DNA of 64,000 nucleotides from Escherichia coli (GTDB lineage Bacteria > Pseudomonadota > Gammaproteobacteria > Enterobacterales > Enterobacteriaceae). This document shows positions 12,322 through 23,625 of the stretch, one piece after another (position 1 is the stretch's first letter; the number at the start of each line of letters is the position of its first letter). The stretch is from NCBI RefSeq assembly GCF_003334255.1, contig NZ_QOWU01000010.1. One strand, given 5' to 3'. The position numbers were made by a program, and so were the translations under genes. Under the pieces are notes generated by a model. It saw nothing but the letters and a program-made list of their open reading frames with translations, searched no databases and was not told the DNA's origin.

Positions 12322-12903
12322 TTATGCAGCGAGATTTTTCGCTACGAATTCCCAGTTCACCAGCGCCCAGAAGTGCTCCAGATAGCCAGGACGTGCATTG
12401 CGATAGTCGATGTAATAAGCGTGTTCCCAGACATCAACGGTCAGCAGCGGAGTCGCATCGGTGGTCAGCGGAGTACCCGCGTTAGAGGTTGAAACGATAG
12501 CCAGTTTGCCATCGCTGTTTTTCACCAGCCAGGTCCAGCCAGAACCAAAGTTTTTGATCGCTGCATCAGTAAACTGCGCTTTGAAATCGGCAAAGCTGCC
12601 AAAAGATGCGGCGATAGCTTCAGCGACTTTTCCAGTCGGTTCGCCACCGGCGTTCGGTGCCAGGCAGTTCCAGTAGAAAGTATGGTTCCAGACCTGAGCT
12701 GCGTTGTTGAATACGCCACCTTCAGAGCTGCGAATAATCTCTTCCAGTGATTTACCTTCAAACGCGGTACCTTTAATCAGGTTGTTCAGGTTAGTGACAT
12801 AAGTCTGATGGTGCTTGCCGTAGTGATACTCGATGGTTTCCGCAGAAATGTGCGGTGCCAGAGCATCTTTAGCATATGGTAGTGCAGGTAATTCGAATGA
12901 CAT
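12322..12903 (-). CDS. sodB: Fe-superoxide dismutase, 193 aa
   Basis: [40 protein letters not shown]... Confidence 0.97.
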   Translation of the reverse strand: MSFELPALPYAKDALAPHISAETIEYHYGKHHQTYVTNLNNLIKGTAFEGKSLEEIIRSSEGGVFNNAAQVWNHTFYWNCLAPNAGGEPTGKVAEAIAASFGSFADFKAQFTDAAIKNFGSGWTWLVKNSDGKLAIVSTSNAGTPLTTDATPLLTVDVWEHAYYIDYRNARPGYLEHFWALVNWEFVAKNLAA

Positions 12904-13030
12904 TGCTACTCTCCTTTATTATTAATTTGCATACGTACAATAGCCTTATTGTGCGTATGGATAGGGTAGCAAATTAAAAGGTGAGACAAAAGATGAACTT
13001 ACCCTGTTGCCGTAACAACAGGGTAAAGTT

Positions 13031-13846
13031 TTAGCGAAGTGTTTTTGGGGTCATTACCCGACGAGCGCCAACATAGTGGCGCTGCCAGTAGTCTTCACTG
13101 AGAGAAGTGATTTGAATTTCCTGACCTGTGCGCGGTGACTGAATAAATTTGCCGTTGCCGACATACACGCCGACATGATCGGCTGTGCCGCGTCCCTGAG
13201 TACGGAAAAAGACCAGGTCGCCGTTTTTCAGTTCACTACGTTCGATTGGCGCTGCATCACGCAGGTGATACATTTCATTCGCCGTACGCGGAATACGAAT
13301 TTTCACCAAATCTTTATAAGCGTAATAAACCAGGCCGCTGCAATCAAAACCGGTACGCGGTGAGCTGCCACCCCAACGATATGGCTTACCAATTTGCTGC
13401 ATCAGTTTATTCATTGCCACTTTCGTAGCTTTTTGCACCTTCGCTTTGTGCGCGTCGGCAAGAGTTCCTGACGCGGCATTTTTGACTTTCACACAATGCG
13501 ATTTATAGCCCTTACGTTTGGTACACTTTTCGGTAAAGCTGGCTGAGGCCGTTTTATTGACGGCGTGTTTGCTGCGAGTTTTGGCGTTTTTAGAAGCGGT
13601 AATGGAAGATTTTTTAACGGAAGAAGCGGTTTTGCTTTTGGTCGTACTTTTACTGGCGGCTTTTTTCGCTGTTTTCTGGGTCTTTTTGGTGGTTGCCGTG
13701 CTTTTCTTTTTATCTGCTTTTTTGGTGATATGAGTGGTAGCAGAACTCTCCCTGGCTTGCTTTGAAGCATGGGCCATAGGCGTTAAAGGCAGGGTGGTAA
13801 AAAGTAAAGCACAGAGCGTGATCGAAATACGGTTTATCCGCGCCAC
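13031..13846 (-). CDS. mepH: NlpC/P60 peptidoglycan endopeptidase MepH (YdhO), 271 aa
   Basis: Signal peptide, Lys/Thr/Ser-rich linker, C-terminal NlpC/P60 domain (GFDCSGLVYYAY ... HVGVYVGNGKFIQSP). Confidence 0.92.
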   Translation of the reverse strand: MARINRISITLCALLFTTLPLTPMAHASKQARESSATTHITKKADKKKSTATTKKTQKTAKKAASKSTTKSKTASSVKKSSITASKNAKTRSKHAVNKTASASFTEKCTKRKGYKSHCVKVKNAASGTLADAHKAKVQKATKVAMNKLMQQIGKPYRWGGSSPRTGFDCSGLVYYAYKDLVKIRIPRTANEMYHLRDAAPIERSELKNGDLVFFRTQGRGTADHVGVYVGNGKFIQSPRTGQEIQITSLSEDYWQRHYVGARRVMTPKTLR

Positions 13847-14179
13847 TGAGCGTCCCTCTGTTAAGGCAGGTCTATCATGCCTGCGTCTGATTTACAAAAC
13901 TTGATGATTCTAATGCATAGAAGAAGAGAAAGTTAATAGCTTTTATTGTTAAAAAATACGTTTCGTTGGCGAGCGCAAAAAAATGCAGCAGTGAAAGCTA
14001 AAAATGGTTATAAATACGCCAGTTTGCCGGCATCAGAGAAGAAACGAATATTTGAAATGCAACAAATAGAGCAAAGGGATAAAATAGCAAAAGCGTGATG
14101 AAAATGTTATTTTCCGATGCCGCACTGACCCGCTACAATGTCAGATTACTGCCGTAAAGAAGTTTGAGGAAGCAAGACA

Positions 14180-14527
14180 ATGAGCACCACTATCGAAAAA
14201 ATCCAACGCCAGATTGCTGAAAACCCGATCCTGCTGTACATGAAAGGTTCACCGAAACTGCCGAGCTGCGGTTTCTCTGCCCAGGCAGTCCAGGCGCTTG
14301 CCGCATGTGGCGAACGTTTTGCCTATGTTGATATTCTGCAGAATCCGGACATTCGTGCGGAACTGCCGAAATATGCTAACTGGCCGACCTTCCCGCAACT
14401 GTGGGTTGACGGCGAGCTGGTCGGCGGTTGTGATATCGTGATCGAAATGTATCAGCGTGGCGAACTGCAGCAGCTGATCAAAGAAACTGCCGCTAAATAC
14501 AAGTCTGAAGAGCCGGACGCGGAATAA
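14180..14527 (+). CDS. grxD: Monothiol glutaredoxin Grx4, 115 aa
   Basis: CGFS active-site motif (KLPSCGFSAQAVQAL). Confidence 0.96.
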   Translation: MSTTIEKIQRQIAENPILLYMKGSPKLPSCGFSAQAVQALAACGERFAYVDILQNPDIRAELPKYANWPTFPQLWVDGELVGGCDIVIEMYQRGELQQLIKETAAKYKSEEPDAE

Positions 14528-14542
14528 TCCGTCCTGCAATAC

Positions 14543-14575
14543 TGACGGATGCGAACGGGCATCCGTCAGTCCTTT
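14543..14575. terminator. Hairpin between convergent grxD and lhr
   Basis: CTGACGGATGC-GAACGG-GCATCCGTCAG, 11-bp stem, followed by TCCTTTCTC. Confidence 0.55.
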
Positions 14576-14577
14576 CT

Positions 14578-17500
14578 CTATCCCCAATCCAGCCCTTGTG
14601 GCGAACTTGAAAATCCCGCCTCACGCAGCAGCGTAAACATCGGCGTTTGCCGGACCGGTAGATCATTCACTTCTGTTAGCGTAAAGCGCAGCCGTGGTTC
14701 GCGACGCAGTGCGGTAGTCAGCGCGTGGAAAACCTCTGGGGCGAGTAATTCCTCTTTTTCCTGCCAGACCAGCATTTTTTTGCCACCTTGCGCCAGATAG
14801 AGTAACAATTTGCCGCCAGAAACGACCACCAGCGCACCCGCCCGACGCGTTGGAACCAGCGTTGCCGGATGTGCAGGCCAGGGCAGAAGATTTCCCCACA
14901 CATTAGCCGGATCGTTGGCAGAGAGCGCCACTGGTGTATAGTGGCGCGTTTGCGTGGCTTGTGTCGCCAGATCGCGCAATCGGTCAATAGTCAGACGTTC
15001 AGCGAATTGCGCGCCACCCAGACCTTCTACAAAACGACCTCGCATAATTCGCCCGGAGTCTTCCATACTTCGACAAAGCGTTTGCATCGATGGAAACCCG
15101 CCAGGGATATTTTCGGCTATCACCGCCTGACGACTGATGATGCCGTAGCGGTCGAGCATATTTTCCGCCAGCGCCAGCATCCTTTCGGTATCGTTTAGTG
15201 GCTCCACCTGCAATAACGACCAGCGTCCAGCCAGATTTGGTGTGTTGTAAGATACCCGCGGCGAGACGGGTTGCGCATAGACAGGACGTCCACGACGAGC
15301 CCGGTGACTGCGGCGAGTTGAGGTGCGTGCGTTGGAACTGCTGCGGGTGAGGGCGCGTAACGGTGCCCAAATGTCGCTGGTGATGACGCCTTGCCAGACC
15401 AGCGCCCATAACGCCTCTTGCAGGGCAGAGAGATCAACCGATTCGCCGATTTTGTCGCGTATCCGTTGGCTGATTTGTTGTGCAAACCAGGCTCCTCCGT
15501 CAGCCAGAACAGCGACTATCGCTTGTTGCAGCGCCGAACGATTCGCCTGATCCGCTTCGGCGGGAGTGAACGATTCTGCAGCATATTCCTGTAGATGCAG
15601 TGCCACCAGGCCGTCATCTTCACCCAGTTTTTTTTGCCCCGACCAGATAACCGCACCGGTTGCCAGTAATTCATCGAGCATTTCTGACGAATAGTCGCGT
15701 ACGCGGGCAGGCAGGATCTGGCTTTCCCAGAGTGAGGCGGGTAAACCGACTCCGGCAAGCTGTTCGATCACCCGCATCACGCCATCTACGCCCTCATAAA
15801 CGCCTGGCGATGTTGAGGCAAAGAGCGCCGGGCTACCATCGGTGGCGGGTAATACGCCCTGACGTTCCAGCAGCAATCGCGCATAGGTCGTGGCTGCAAC
15901 GGGACGCGTCGCTTCTCTGGCGGCTTGCAGCGAGCGCAAACGCAGACGACGAAATACTTCATCGCTCACCCAGATGTCTTGTTGCAGATTCATCACCAGA
16001 CCCTGTTCACGCAGTTGCTGAAGCTGCTCTTCGACAATGGCAATACCGAGACTAAACTCATGAGCCAGTTGTTCAGCCGTGACCAGAGCATGAGCCCGGA
16101 GATAGCGCAGAAAGAGGTCGCGAAGCGGGTAACTGACTCTATGTAAATAAATCTCTGGCAATGACTCTGGTAGTCGTACGCCGAGGGCATCACGCAGCCT
16201 GGCGGCATCATCCATACAGGCAAGACGCTCCTGTCCGCTAATCATCGCTGGGAAGATTCGTTTTACTGCAAGAAGATTTTCCAGATACGACGTAACCTCT
16301 TCACTGCTGCCTGTATGCCGTTGCGCCAGGTCTTCAACGGTCATTGGCCCCAGTTCGCGCAGCAGGTCGAACAATCCTTCTTCACCTTTCGCTCTTCTGC
16401 CAGGAGCCAGTCGTTGCAACTCTTCTTCCACCTGGCGAATGACCTGCGGGTCGAGTAATTCCCCCGGATCGACCTGTCCGAGTAGATTGCGCAGTAACTC
16501 GCTGTCCAGCGACAGTACGGATGCCCGGCGCTCTGCCAGCGGGGCGTCGCTCTGGTACATAAATTCCGCGACATAGCCGAACAATAAACTTGTGGCGAAA
16601 GGCGAGGGCGTAGTGGTCGTTACATCGGATATTTGAATTTCGCCACCGTTCAGGCGACGCATCAAACGTTCCAGTGCGGGAAGATCATAAACATCTTGCA
16701 GACATTCGCGTAGGGTTTCGAGAATGACCGGAAAATCCGGATATCCCTGAGCGATTTCCAGCAACTGACTGGCGCGCAGCCGTTGTTGCCAAAGCGGGGT
16801 GCGATGGCCCGGAGTGCGCCCCGGCATTAATAATGCCCGCGCGGCGCATTCGCGAAAACGGGCGGCGAAAAGTGCCGAGCTGCCTACCGCCTCGCGGACA
16901 ATTTGCAGCAACTTTTCTGGTTCAAACAAAAAAATCGCGGCATCGGGCAATTTACCATCGGTGTCAGGAATACGTGCAACAATGCCGTCATCACTGGCGA
17001 CCACCGACGCGTCAGCGCCCCATAGCGCATGTATTCGCCCGGCAATCGCCACCGCCCAGGGTTCATGCACCCGTCTTCCATAGGGAGAGTGCAAAATAAT
17101 ACGCCAGTCACCAATTTCATCACGGCACCGTTCGAGGACCAGATGGCGACTCCCCGGAACGATGCCCGTCGCGTTGCGCTGCTCCTCAATCAACCCCTGA
17201 ATATTGGCGATCGTATTTTCTTCTGCCAGCCACGGGGGAATAGTCCCGGAAAAGAACGCGCCATCCGCCAGCAAATGAAGAAAATCGCCGATCATCTCGC
17301 CTAATTCAGCCGGACGTCCGTTACCTTCACCACGCCAGAAGGGGAGCCGGGCAGAACGACCCGGAGCAGGAGTCACAATCACCTGATCGCGGGTGATTTG
17401 CTGGATCCGCCATGAGGTAGCGCCGAGAGTGATAATGTCGTTCACCCGCGACTCATATACCATCTCCTCATCCAGTTCACCCACCCGCCGCGAACCGGCC

Positions 17501-19194
17501 TTTTCTTCACCTTCGGGTAATAACACGCTATACATGCCACGATCCGGAATGGTGCCGCCGCTGGTAACCGCCAACAATTGAGCGCCAGGTCGGGCGGTCA
17601 ATATCCCGGTCTCCCTGTTCCAGACCAGTTTGGGGCGAAAAGCAGAAAAATCGCCAGAGGGATAGCGCCCGGAAAGCATATCCAGCGTGGCGTCAAAAAC
17701 ACGTCTTGGCAGATCTTTCCACGGTGCGGCACGGCGTACGCGGGAGTACCATTCGTCTACCTGTAATGCATCCATCGCCGCGGCGGCAACGGTTTGCTGC
17801 GCAAGGACGTCGAGAGGATTATGCGGTGGTGTCAGGTTTTCCAGCCTGCCTGCGAACATACACTCTACAATGACTGCGGAATCGACTAAATCACGCCGGG
17901 TACGGGGGAAAAACAGCCCTTTAGATACACCGCCAACCTGATGTCCGGCGCGACCAATGCGTTGTAACCCACTGGCAACAGAAAGCGGCGTTGCCACCTG
18001 AATCACCAGATCCACCGCGCCCATATCAATCCCCAGTTCAAGACTGGAGGTTGCGACCACGCAGCGTAATTCACCCGATTTCAGCGCCTGTTCGGTGATT
18101 GCTCGTTGTTCTTTAGAGACGGAGCCGTGGTGTGAGCGGGCAATAAAAACGTCGCTACTTTGTACACGGTTAGAGGTTGCGCCGGAGGTCGACTCGAAAT
18201 GGGCCGCATCAACGGCGATAGACGGGGAACGCTGTAAGCGTGCGGCGTAAAGCTCATTTAATCGTGCCGTCAGTTTTTCCGCCAGCCCCCGCGAATTAGT
18301 AAAGACAATGGTCGAGCGATGGCGCAACACTTCATCAAGGATACCCGTTTCAATATATGGCCAGATGGAGCCTTCCCGGCCGGCATGGCTGTCTTCGCCG
18401 GTGCCGCTGGCGACCGATGAGACATCATCCATATTGGCGACCGGTACGACAATTCGTATCTGCGGATGGCGCATTGCGGGCGGGTTGACTACCGTAACCG
18501 GGCGATCGCCACCAAGAAATGCTGCCACATCGCTGGCTGAGCGCACAGTGGCAGAAAGGCCAATTCGCTGTGCTGAGGTGTGGAGCAGCGCATCGAGCCG
18601 CTCCAGACTTAACGCCAGATGCGCACCACGTTTACTGCCCGCTACCGCGTGGACTTCATCAATAATTACCGTTTCGACGCCGCGTAGCGTTTCGCGCGCG
18701 CGGGAGGTCAGCATCAGATAGAGTGATTCGGGTGTGGTGATCAGAATATCCGGCGGATTACGGGTGAGTTTGCTGCGTTCCTGTGCAGGCGTATCGCCAG
18801 TACGGATCCCTACGCGAAGATTGACTTCCGTTTCGCCGCGCCGCCGCCGTTCATCGGCAATACCCTTCAACGGGATCTGCAAGTTGCGCTGAACGTCGGT
18901 GCCCAGGGCTTTTATCGGTGAAATATAGAGGATGCGTGAGGTTTTACGCTTATGCGCCTCGCGGGTATCTTCGCCGCCTTCGCGGAAGAGCCGATCGAGG
19001 GCGTAGAGAAATGCTGCCAGCGTTTTCCCGGAGCCGGTCGGTGCAATCACCAGCGCATGTTCGCTTCGCGCCGCCACATGCCAGGTTTGCGGCTGGACAG
19101 CGGTCGGCTGTTTAAAGGCGCGAAGAAACCAGTCGCGGGTCGCCGGTGAAAACACGTCCGGCAGGAGCGATGAAGGGTCTGGATTATCTGCCAT
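14578..19194 (-). CDS. lhr: Lhr, large ATP-dependent helicase (superfamily 2, DEAD/DEAH box), 1538 aa
   Basis: Walker A (APTGSGKT), DEVH box (IIDEVHAV) in translation; size matches. Confidence 0.95.
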   Translation of the reverse strand: MADNPDPSSLLPDVFSPATRDWFLRAFKQPTAVQPQTWHVAARSEHALVIAPTGSGKTLAAFLYALDRLFREGGEDTREAHKRKTSRILYISPIKALGTDVQRNLQIPLKGIADERRRRGETEVNLRVGIRTGDTPAQERSKLTRNPPDILITTPESLYLMLTSRARETLRGVETVIIDEVHAVAGSKRGAHLALSLERLDALLHTSAQRIGLSATVRSASDVAAFLGGDRPVTVVNPPAMRHPQIRIVVPVANMDDVSSVASGTGEDSHAGREGSIWPYIETGILDEVLRHRSTIVFTNSRGLAEKLTARLNELYAARLQRSPSIAVDAAHFESTSGATSNRVQSSDVFIARSHHGSVSKEQRAITEQALKSGELRCVVATSSLELGIDMGAVDLVIQVATPLSVASGLQRIGRAGHQVGGVSKGLFFPRTRRDLVDSAVIVECMFAGRLENLTPPHNPLDVLAQQTVAAAAMDALQVDEWYSRVRRAAPWKDLPRRVFDATLDMLSGRYPSGDFSAFRPKLVWNRETGILTARPGAQLLAVTSGGTIPDRGMYSVLLPEGEEKAGSRRVGELDEEMVYESRVNDIITLGATSWRIQQITRDQVIVTPAPGRSARLPFWRGEGNGRPAELGEMIGDFLHLLADGAFFSGTIPPWLAEENTIANIQGLIEEQRNATGIVPGSRHLVLERCRDEIGDWRIILHSPYGRRVHEPWAVAIAGRIHALWGADASVVASDDGIVARIPDTDGKLPDAAIFLFEPEKLLQIVREAVGSSALFAARFRECAARALLMPGRTPGHRTPLWQQRLRASQLLEIAQGYPDFPVILETLRECLQDVYDLPALERLMRRLNGGEIQISDVTTTTPSPFATSLLFGYVAEFMYQSDAPLAERRASVLSLDSELLRNLLGQVDPGELLDPQVIRQVEEELQRLAPGRRAKGEEGLFDLLRELGPMTVEDLAQRHTGSSEEVTSYLENLLAVKRIFPAMISGQERLACMDDAARLRDALGVRLPESLPEIYLHRVSYPLRDLFLRYLRAHALVTAEQLAHEFSLGIAIVEEQLQQLREQGLVMNLQQDIWVSDEVFRRLRLRSLQAAREATRPVAATTYARLLLERQGVLPATDGSPALFASTSPGVYEGVDGVMRVIEQLAGVGLPASLWESQILPARVRDYSSEMLDELLATGAVIWSGQKKLGEDDGLVALHLQEYAAESFTPAEADQANRSALQQAIVAVLADGGAWFAQQISQRIRDKIGESVDLSALQEALWALVWQGVITSDIWAPLRALTRSSSNARTSTRRSHRARRGRPVYAQPVSPRVSYNTPNLAGRWSLLQVEPLNDTERMLALAENMLDRYGIISRQAVIAENIPGGFPSMQTLCRSMEDSGRIMRGRFVEGLGGAQFAERLTIDRLRDLATQATQTRHYTPVALSANDPANVWGNLLPWPAHPATLVPTRRAGALVVVSGGKLLLYLAQGGKKMLVWQEKEELLAPEVFHALTTALRREPRLRFTLTEVNDLPVRQTPMFTLLREAGFSSSPQGLDWG

Positions 19195-19286
19195 TAACGC
19201 TATTCCCCGTGAATATCATGCAGGATGCGTGGAATAGCCTCACTATAGATGCCTGAATCATTGCATGTCATCAGGCATCGACTCGA

Positions 19287-19934
19287 TTACACCTCTTCGG
19301 CGGCAGATAGCGGCCAGCCTCCCAGACGTTTCCAGCGGTTGACGATTTCACAAAACAGCACAGCAGTGCGTTCGGTGTCGTACAGCGCGGAGTGCGCCTG
19401 GGTGCTGTCGAAGTCCATGCCAGCGGTCTGGCAAGCCTTTGACAATACGGTTTGTCCGAGTGCCAGCCCGGCCAGTGCAGCAGTGTCAAAAGTGGCGAAA
19501 GGGTGGAACGGGTTACGTTTCAGTGAGGCGCGTTCTGCGGCGGCCATCATAAAGCTGTGATCAAAATTGGCATTGTGCGCCACCATAATGGCGCGGTTAC
19601 AGCCGCTCGCTTTAATACCTTTACGTACAACTTTAAAAATTTCGTGCAGCGCCTCGTATTCGCTGACCGCGCCGCGATCGGGATCGTTCGGGTCAATGCC
19701 GTTGAAGGCGAGGGCTTCTGGTTGCAAATTTGCGCCGACAAATGGTTCGACGTGGAAATGTAATGTGGTGTCCGGCATCAGCCAGCCTTGTTCATCCATT
19801 TTCAGGGTGATGGCGGCAATCTCAAGCAGCGCATCGGTTTTGGCGTTAAATCCGGCTGTTTCAACATCGATCACAACAGGATAAAAACCACGAAAACGGT
19901 CGCACAGACCGGTAAGTTGAGCGTTATCGGACAT
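19287..19934 (-). CDS. rnt: Ribonuclease T (DEDDh exonuclease), 215 aa
   Basis: [42 protein letters not shown]...; immediately upstream of lhr (rnt-lhr operon). Confidence 0.96.
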   Translation of the reverse strand: MSDNAQLTGLCDRFRGFYPVVIDVETAGFNAKTDALLEIAAITLKMDEQGWLMPDTTLHFHVEPFVGANLQPEALAFNGIDPNDPDRGAVSEYEALHEIFKVVRKGIKASGCNRAIMVAHNANFDHSFMMAAAERASLKRNPFHPFATFDTAALAGLALGQTVLSKACQTAGMDFDSTQAHSALYDTERTAVLFCEIVNRWKRLGGWPLSAAEEV

Positions 19935-20036
19935 CTGATTCTCTTAATACGGATAAATTGCAGCGCGCATTATGACAAATATTACTTGTCGATGCAGTAA
20001 AGATGCGGGCGCGATGAGTTCACGCCCGGCAGGAGA

Positions 20037-20444
20037 TTAGTTGCCCAGACCGCGACCGGCGTCTTTCTCTTCGATTAACTCAATTTTGTAACCGTCCGGA
20101 TCTTCCACAAACGCGATAACCGTAGTACCGCCTTTTACCGGACCCGCTTCACGGGTCACGTTACCCCCGTTTTGACGGATTTTTTCGCACGCTTCAGCGG
20201 CGTTATCTACGCTAAGCGCGATGTGACCATAAGCAGTGCCGAGTTCGTATTTATCCACGCCCCAGTTGTAGGTCAGTTCAATCACCGCTTCTTCGGTTTC
20301 CGGGCCGTAGCCAACAAACGCCAGTGAGTATTTGTATTCCGGGTTTTCGCTGGTACGCAGCAGTTTCATGCCCAGCACTTTGGTATAAAAATCGATGGAG
20401 CGTTGCAAATCGCCAACGCGCAGCATGGTATGAAGAAGACGCAT
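20037..20444 (-). CDS. gloA: Glyoxalase I (lactoylglutathione lyase), 135 aa
   Basis: [47 protein letters not shown]... Confidence 0.97.
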
Positions 20445-20524
20445 CTTTTTATCCTCAAAATGGCTAACAGATTCAAAATGTTGTTTTAGTATAGCGGCGG
20501 CTTTACGCCGCTCGCAATGTTGGA

Positions 20525-21622
20525 TTACAACGTCGGGTAATCGGTATAGCCTTCCGCGCCGCCACCGTAGAAACTTTCGGCACGCTGTGGGTTAAGCTCA
20601 GCTTTGCGCTGCAAGCGGGCGACCAGATCCGGGTTCGCAATCCAGTCACGACCAAATGCCACCGCATCAATTAACCCTTTGCCGATCAGCGTTTCAGCTT
20701 TTTCTACTGTGTATGCACCTGCGCCGATAATCGGACCGTGGAAACGGGCGCGTACTTTTTCGCGGAACGCATCAGTATACGGTTCACCCCCCGCCCAATC
20801 TGGTTCTGACATATGCAGATAAGCAATGCCGCGTTTACCCAGTTGTTCAATCAGATACAGTGCATCGGCTTCTTCATTCGGGCCGTTATCTGTGTTCTGG
20901 AAAGTACCGATTGGTGAAACGCGAATGCCAATGCGATCGGCACCCCATTCTTCAATCCCGGCATCGACCACTTCCAGTACCAAACGTGCGCGATTTTCCA
21001 CGCTGCCGCCGTACTGATCGGTACGATGGTTTGAAGAAGGAGAAAGGAACTGATGCAGCAAATAACCGTGAGCAGAGTGGAGCTCTACCAGATCAAAACC
21101 GGCTTCACGCGCGTTAGCAATGGCCTGACGGAAATCATTGACGATACCTGGAATCTCTTCCAGTTCAAGCGCACGCGGCATGGATGTTTCAACACGGATC
21201 GCCTGACCATTTTCATCGCGCAGAGAAGTACGTGTTCCCGCGCTAAGTGCTGAAGGCGCTACCGGTGCCTGACCGCCAGGTTGCAGGCTGGCGTGAGAAA
21301 TGCGTCCGGTGTGCCACAGCTGCACGGCCATATGACCATTTTCAGCATGAACGCCAGCGGTGATTTTTTTCCATGCGGCAATTTGCTCCGGACTATGGAT
21401 GCCAGGCGCACCTGCATATCCTTTTGCCTGGGCAGAAATTTGCGTGGCTTCACTAATAATCAAACCGGCACTGGCACGTTGGCGATAGTATTCCGCCATC
21501 AACGGGGTAGGAATGTCACCCGGTTCAATACTGCGCAGACGCGTCAGCGGTGCCATAAAAATACGGTTTGCCGCCGTGATCGCGCCCACTTTCAGTGGGG
21601 AATACAGTTTTTCAGATGACAT
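20525..21622 (-). CDS. nemA: N-ethylmaleimide reductase (Old Yellow Enzyme family), 365 aa
   Basis: [31 protein letters not shown]...; OYE family. Confidence 0.96.
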
Positions 21623-21658
21623 AAAGGCTCCCGGTCGTCTGGTGATAAAAAATGCCTG

Positions 21659-22258
21659 CTAAACGGCAGGCGTCGCAATAATGTTTTTTACATGGGCCAG
21701 CGCGTTTTCCAGTGGCTCGAAACTGCGCGAAATTTTGGCCTGCAGATTCGCGCCAAGCCACAGTGCGTAAAGCACTTGTGCCTGTTGCAGCGGTTCGCCA
21801 CAAAAGGTTAAACAATGGTTCTCACGGCCATTTTCCAGCGCCTGAGAGAGCAGGGCGATCACGCCGCGAGCACCTTTATCCATCGCGCTGCGCATATCTT
21901 CTGACAGATCGCACACTTCGGCAGAGAGTTTTACTGTCAGGCAACCACTGATGGTTCCATGTTGGCAAAACTGGTTCAGTGTTTGCTGGTAATAAGCCAG
22001 TATGCGGTCGCGGTAGTTACCTTCGCCGGATTGCAGCAACTCAGTCAGTCGCTGGTGATATGCGGCGTAATGACGCTCAAGCATGGCAACGCCAAACGCT
22101 TCTTTAGAGCGAAAGTAGTGATAGAAGGACCCTTTCGGCACTTCAGCGGTTTTTAGTAATTCGCTTAGCCCCATCCCGGTGAATCCACGTTGCAGGCAAA
22201 GTTGCTCGCCCGTCGCCAGGAGATGTTCGCGAGTATCATGTTCGGTGTGTTTGTTCAT
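21659..22258 (-). CDS. nemR: TetR-family repressor NemR, 199 aa
   Basis: N-terminal TetR HTH; operon nemR-nemA-gloA. Confidence 0.95.
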   Translation of the reverse strand: MNKHTEHDTREHLLATGEQLCLQRGFTGMGLSELLKTAEVPKGSFYHYFRSKEAFGVAMLERHYAAYHQRLTELLQSGEGNYRDRILAYYQQTLNQFCQHGTISGCLTVKLSAEVCDLSEDMRSAMDKGARGVIALLSQALENGRENHCLTFCGEPLQQAQVLYALWLGANLQAKISRSFEPLENALAHVKNIIATPAV

Positions 22259-22272
22259 GCGTTGGAGTGTAG

Positions 22273-22288
22273 TAGACCAGTCGGTCTA
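22273..22288. promoter_or_regulatory. NemR-box-like inverted repeat upstream of nemR
   Basis: TAGACC-AGTC-GGTCTA inverted repeat 15 bp upstream of the nemR start codon. Confidence 0.6.
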
Positions 22289-22360
22289 GTGCAAGCAAAG
22301 TTGCTACTTTGGACATTAACAGCTTCAATAATGGTAATAATCTTATCTGAGGAGGGCGAA

Positions 22361-22600
22361 GTGGCGGAGCAATTAGAGTTCTTTCCCGTCCAGAGCCCGT
22401 GCCGGGGAATTTGCCAGTCTGACGAACGCGGGTTTTGTCGCGGCTGTTTTCGTAGTCGTGATGAGCGTTTTAACTGGAATAAAATGAGCGATGGCGAAAA
22501 ACAAGAGGTGCTGCGCCTTTGTCGGCAGCGATTAATGCGCAAATTACGCGCAAATAAGCCAGCGTCATCAGACGAACCGGAGCAACCATCACTCTTTTGA
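22361..22600 (+). CDS. ydhL: YdhL, DUF1289 Cys-rich small protein, 79 aa (GTG start)
   Basis: Translation (M)AEQLEFFPVQSPCRGICQSDERGFCRGCFRSRDERFNW...; GAGGAG RBS upstream of GTG; the longer ATG-initiated ORF in the track overlaps nemR and is rejected. Confidence 0.8.
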   Translation: MAEQLEFFPVQSPCRGICQSDERGFCRGCFRSRDERFNWNKMSDGEKQEVLRLCRQRLMRKLRANKPASSDEPEQPSLF

Positions 22601-22648
22601 ACCTAATCTTGCGTATACTCCTCTCATATCTGATAAGAGGAAGCGATT

Positions 22649-23545
22649 ATGGTTCAGCGTATTACTATTGCGCCGCAAGGCCCGGAGTTTTCCCGTTTTG
22701 TGATGGGCTACTGGCGATTGATGGACTGGAATATGTCCGCCCGCCAGCTGGTCAGTTTTATTGAAGAGCATCTGGATCTCGGCGTGACCACCGTGGACCA
22801 TGCTGATATTTATGGTGGCTATCAGTGCGAAGCGGCGTTTGGCGAGGCACTGAAACTGGCACCTCACCTGCGTGAACGGATGGAAATCGTCAGTAAATGC
22901 GGTATCGCGACGACCGCGCGTGAAGAAAACGTCATTGGTCATTACATCACTGACCGCGATCACATCATTAAGAGCGCCGAACAGTCGCTAATTAATCTCG
23001 CGACCGATCATCTGGATTTGCTGTTAATCCACCGACCAGACCCGTTAATGGATGCCGATGAAGTGGCGGACGCGTTCAAACATCTGCATCAGAGCGGCAA
23101 AGTGCGTCATTTTGGCGTATCGAACTTTACGCCTGCGCAATTTGCCCTGTTGCAATCACGTCTGCCGTTTACCCTTGCCACTAATCAGGTGGAAATATCC
23201 CCGGTGCATCAGCCGTTACTGCTGGATGGCACGCTCGACCAACTACAACAACTGCGTGTTCGTCCGATGGCGTGGTCCTGCCTTGGTGGTGGTCGTCTGT
23301 TTAATGATGATTATTTCCAGCCGCTGCGTGATGAACTGGCTGTGGTGGCAGAGGAGTTAAACGCGGGCTCGATTGAACAGGTGGTTTACGCCTGGGTATT
23401 ACGTTTACCATCGCAGCCGCTGCCAATTATCGGTTCAGGTAAAATTGAGCGCGTACGGGCAGCTGTCGAAGCAGAAACACTGAAAATGACCCGTCAACAA
23501 TGGTTTCGTATCCGTAAAGCGGCACTGGGGTACGACGTACCGTAA
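22649..23545 (+). CDS. ydhF: Aldo-keto reductase YdhF, 298 aa
   Basis: AKR family translation MVQRITIAPQGPEFSRFVMGYWRLMDW... Confidence 0.93.
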   Translation: MVQRITIAPQGPEFSRFVMGYWRLMDWNMSARQLVSFIEEHLDLGVTTVDHADIYGGYQCEAAFGEALKLAPHLRERMEIVSKCGIATTAREENVIGHYITDRDHIIKSAEQSLINLATDHLDLLLIHRPDPLMDADEVADAFKHLHQSGKVRHFGVSNFTPAQFALLQSRLPFTLATNQVEISPVHQPLLLDGTLDQLQQLRVRPMAWSCLGGGRLFNDDYFQPLRDELAVVAEELNAGSIEQVVYAWVLRLPSQPLPIIGSGKIERVRAAVEAETLKMTRQQWFRIRKAALGYDVP

Positions 23546-23625
23546 GCACTTTTAGGAATAGCCGCCGTTCAAAAATGTGTCACTGGTTTACACTTATTCA
23601 GGAATGCACAATGAACGGAGGTCCT

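Noticed and set aside
13489-13770. 93-aa Lys/Pro-rich ORF on minus strand plus two plus-strand ORFs (13518..13733, 13565..13765)
   Set aside because: Alternative-frame and antisense readings of the low-complexity Lys/Thr/Ser linker of mepH
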